In this document: positions 24,942 through 26,669 of the stretch, piece by piece
Position numbering within the stretch: position 1 is the stretch's first letter
How the letters are laid out: each line of letters opens with the position of its first letter
Source: Candidatus Bathyarchaeota archaeon
GTDB taxonomy: Archaea > Thermoproteota > Bathyarchaeia > Bathyarchaeales > Bathycorpusculaceae
DNA: 26,669 bases
Direction of reading: 5' to 3'
Assembly (NCBI GenBank): GCA_963739305.1
Contig: CAVTZU010000027.1
Span: 1 to 26,669 of the forward strand
The notes under the pieces: generated by a model
Databases searched by the model: none
What the model was told of the DNA's origin: nothing
The model's input: the letters and a program-made list of their open reading frames with translations, nothing else
Made by a program: the position numbers and the translations under genes

Positions 24942-26117
24942 GTGAGATTCTTGAGCTTTGAGCTAACTCCGGAGCAGAAGATGATAGTAAGTGCGGCCTG
25001 TGATGTTGCGAAAGATTTCGATCCAGAATACTGGCGTAACAGGGACAAGAACCACGAGTTTCCTGATGATTTTTGGAAGGCTTTGATCGACGCCGGCTTC
25101 GTCGGTATTGTTGTGCCTGAAAAGTATGGAGGAGGTGGCATGGGACTATATGAAATGCTTTTGGCAATGGAGACTCTCACTTCTGAAAGCTGCGGGCTGG
25201 CAGGCACATGGTTTCTGTGCCTTACATCAGTTTTTGGCGGTTTGTCCCTTCTCAAGCATGGAAACGAAGACCAAAAAGACAAGTATTTGCCAAGAATCGT
25301 TAAAGGAAGCGAGTTTTGTTTGGGTCTCACCGAGCCGGATGCTGGCACGAACACTCTAAACATCCAGACCACTGCGGTGGAAGATGGAGACCACTTCATC
25401 GTAAATGGAAGAAAAACTCTCATCTCAGGGGCCGACAGAGCGAAAGGAATGGTCCTGATCACCCGGACGACTTCCTTGGATAAAGCGCCGAAGAAAACTA
25501 TAGGTCTCAGCCTCTTCCTTGTGGATCTTCCTAACCCGGCGGTGGAAGTTATTCCGATAGAAAAACACGGAATCAACTACTCAAAAACATGCGATGTTTA
25601 CATTAGTGACCTCAAGATACCTCGAGAAAACCTTCTCGGCGAGAAGGACAAAGGCTGGTATCTCATACTGGACACTCTTAACCCTGAACGAATGTCTTTT
25701 TCAGTCGCTGCTGGAGGACTGGGCATCTTGGCAATCAAAAAGGCCGTCGAACACGCTAAGCAACGAAAGGTTTTCGGAGCACCCATCGGCTCCTATCAAG
25801 CGCTGCAGTTCCCGCTCGCGGAGGCAAAAGCAAAGATTGAGGCTGCCAGACTGCTGACGTACAAGTCAGCATGGCTCTACGACAAAGGACAACCCTGCGG
25901 CGCGGAAGCAGCCATGGCAAAGGTTGCAGCTGAAGAAGCAGGCTATCAAGCCGTCTACCATGCGATGCAGACGTTCGGAGGCTACGGCTACACAGTTGAT
26001 TACGACGTGGAACGCTGGTGGAGAGAGGTGAACCTAATCAGGTTGGCGCCAGTGACCCATCAGATGGCCCTCGCATTCATAGGCGAACATGTCCTGGGCC
26101 TGCCAAAATCCTACTGA
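24942..26117 (+). CDS. Acyl-CoA dehydrogenase family protein
   Basis: PEKYGGGG, LTEPDAGTN, NGRKTLIS, R..FG.PI..YQ and QTFGGYGY motifs; start at 24942 or 24951. Confidence 0.93.
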   Translation: MRFLSFELTPEQKMIVSAACDVAKDFDPEYWRNRDKNHEFPDDFWKALIDAGFVGIVVPEKYGGGGMGLYEMLLAMETLTSESCGLAGTWFLCLTSVFGGLSLLKHGNEDQKDKYLPRIVKGSEFCLGLTEPDAGTNTLNIQTTAVEDGDHFIVNGRKTLISGADRAKGMVLITRTTSLDKAPKKTIGLSLFLVDLPNPAVEVIPIEKHGINYSKTCDVYISDLKIPRENLLGEKDKGWYLILDTLNPERMSFSVAAGGLGILAIKKAVEHAKQRKVFGAPIGSYQALQFPLAEAKAKIEAARLLTYKSAWLYDKGQPCGAEAAMAKVAAEEAGYQAVYHAMQTFGGYGYTVDYDVERWWREVNLIRLAPVTHQMALAFIGEHVLGLPKSY

Positions 26118-26204
26118 ACCCATGCACCTGACGGTAGAAAATTCAATTCATTCTTTCGCGTTAAGCATTAGCGTTTCCTGAACTGGGGTTTTCCGGCGCA
26201 GAAT

Positions 26205-26597
26205 CTACGGTATCTTCTCTTGCCAGTGCTCAACCACTTTTCCGTCAGGCCCAAACTTGAAGAAGAATACGGGTTCGGTGTTCACTTCTTTTTGTGTGGC
26301 GGGGCTTCCGAGAAACGGTGCTTGGTTCGTGGCGGTAAAGGTCGTGTGAGCGTCTACCGTGTCGCCTTCAGCGTGCAGTTCGTCCACGTGCAAATGAATG
26401 TCCCTGAACGCCCAACGGAAGTCGTTGACGAATCTTTTGAAAGCTTCAATTCCTTTGAGGTCGTCTGGTACTCTTGGATTGTGGACAACGATGTTTTTTG
26501 AACAGGTTTCGTCAATAACCGAAAGTGCGCCCTCGTTAAATGTCCGGTCAAGCAACTTGAACGCAACTTGCTTCTTTTCTTCCGATGACATTTCCAT
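26205..26597 (-). CDS. SnoaL-like ester cyclase (NTF2 fold) family protein
   Basis: G.EAFK.F....R.AF.D, AEGDTV, FLG.PAT.K and DGKVVEHW motifs. Confidence 0.85.
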   Translation of the reverse strand: MEMSSEEKKQVAFKLLDRTFNEGALSVIDETCSKNIVVHNPRVPDDLKGIEAFKRFVNDFRWAFRDIHLHVDELHAEGDTVDAHTTFTATNQAPFLGSPATQKEVNTEPVFFFKFGPDGKVVEHWQEKIP

Positions 26598-26669
26598 CTT
26601 TTCACCATCATGATCAGAAATTGCGGCTTAGGTAGTAGCAATGCAAATTTGACCCTTTAAGCTTATCCT

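Noticed and set aside
24887-25576. 229-aa minus-strand ORF and similar long overlapping ORFs elsewhere
   Set aside because: Antisense to well-supported genes, with no independent motifs.

Overview
Archaeal accessory region. Gene style (dockerin, NosD and PEF-CTERM surface proteins, a giant TPR-wHTH protein, the integrase C-terminus) resembles Bathyarchaeia; this assignment is inference. Contents: large secreted/surface proteins, a membrane-anchored thermonuclease, a decayed provirus-like block (truncated tyrosine integrase, intron-containing tRNA-Gln(UUG), two wHTH genes, truncated terminase) and small metabolic/efflux genes (GyrI-like, flavodoxin-like, PIG-L deacetylase, ABC-2 exporter, acyl-CoA dehydrogenase, SnoaL-like). 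The main unexplained signal is a short palindrome, (TA)GCGCGCGC, at most gene junctions: 9 perfect 8-9-mers, all at junctions, plus about 10 shorter or transition variants. It overlaps several stop codons and sits at or next to the points where an integrase, a terminase, an HTH-like gene, a TBP-like fragment and a secreted-protein gene break off. The window reads as a mosaic of motif-bounded genes and gene fragments, suggesting a cassette capture/recombination system unlike classical integrons. All calls come from reading the sequence by eye; no searches were run.
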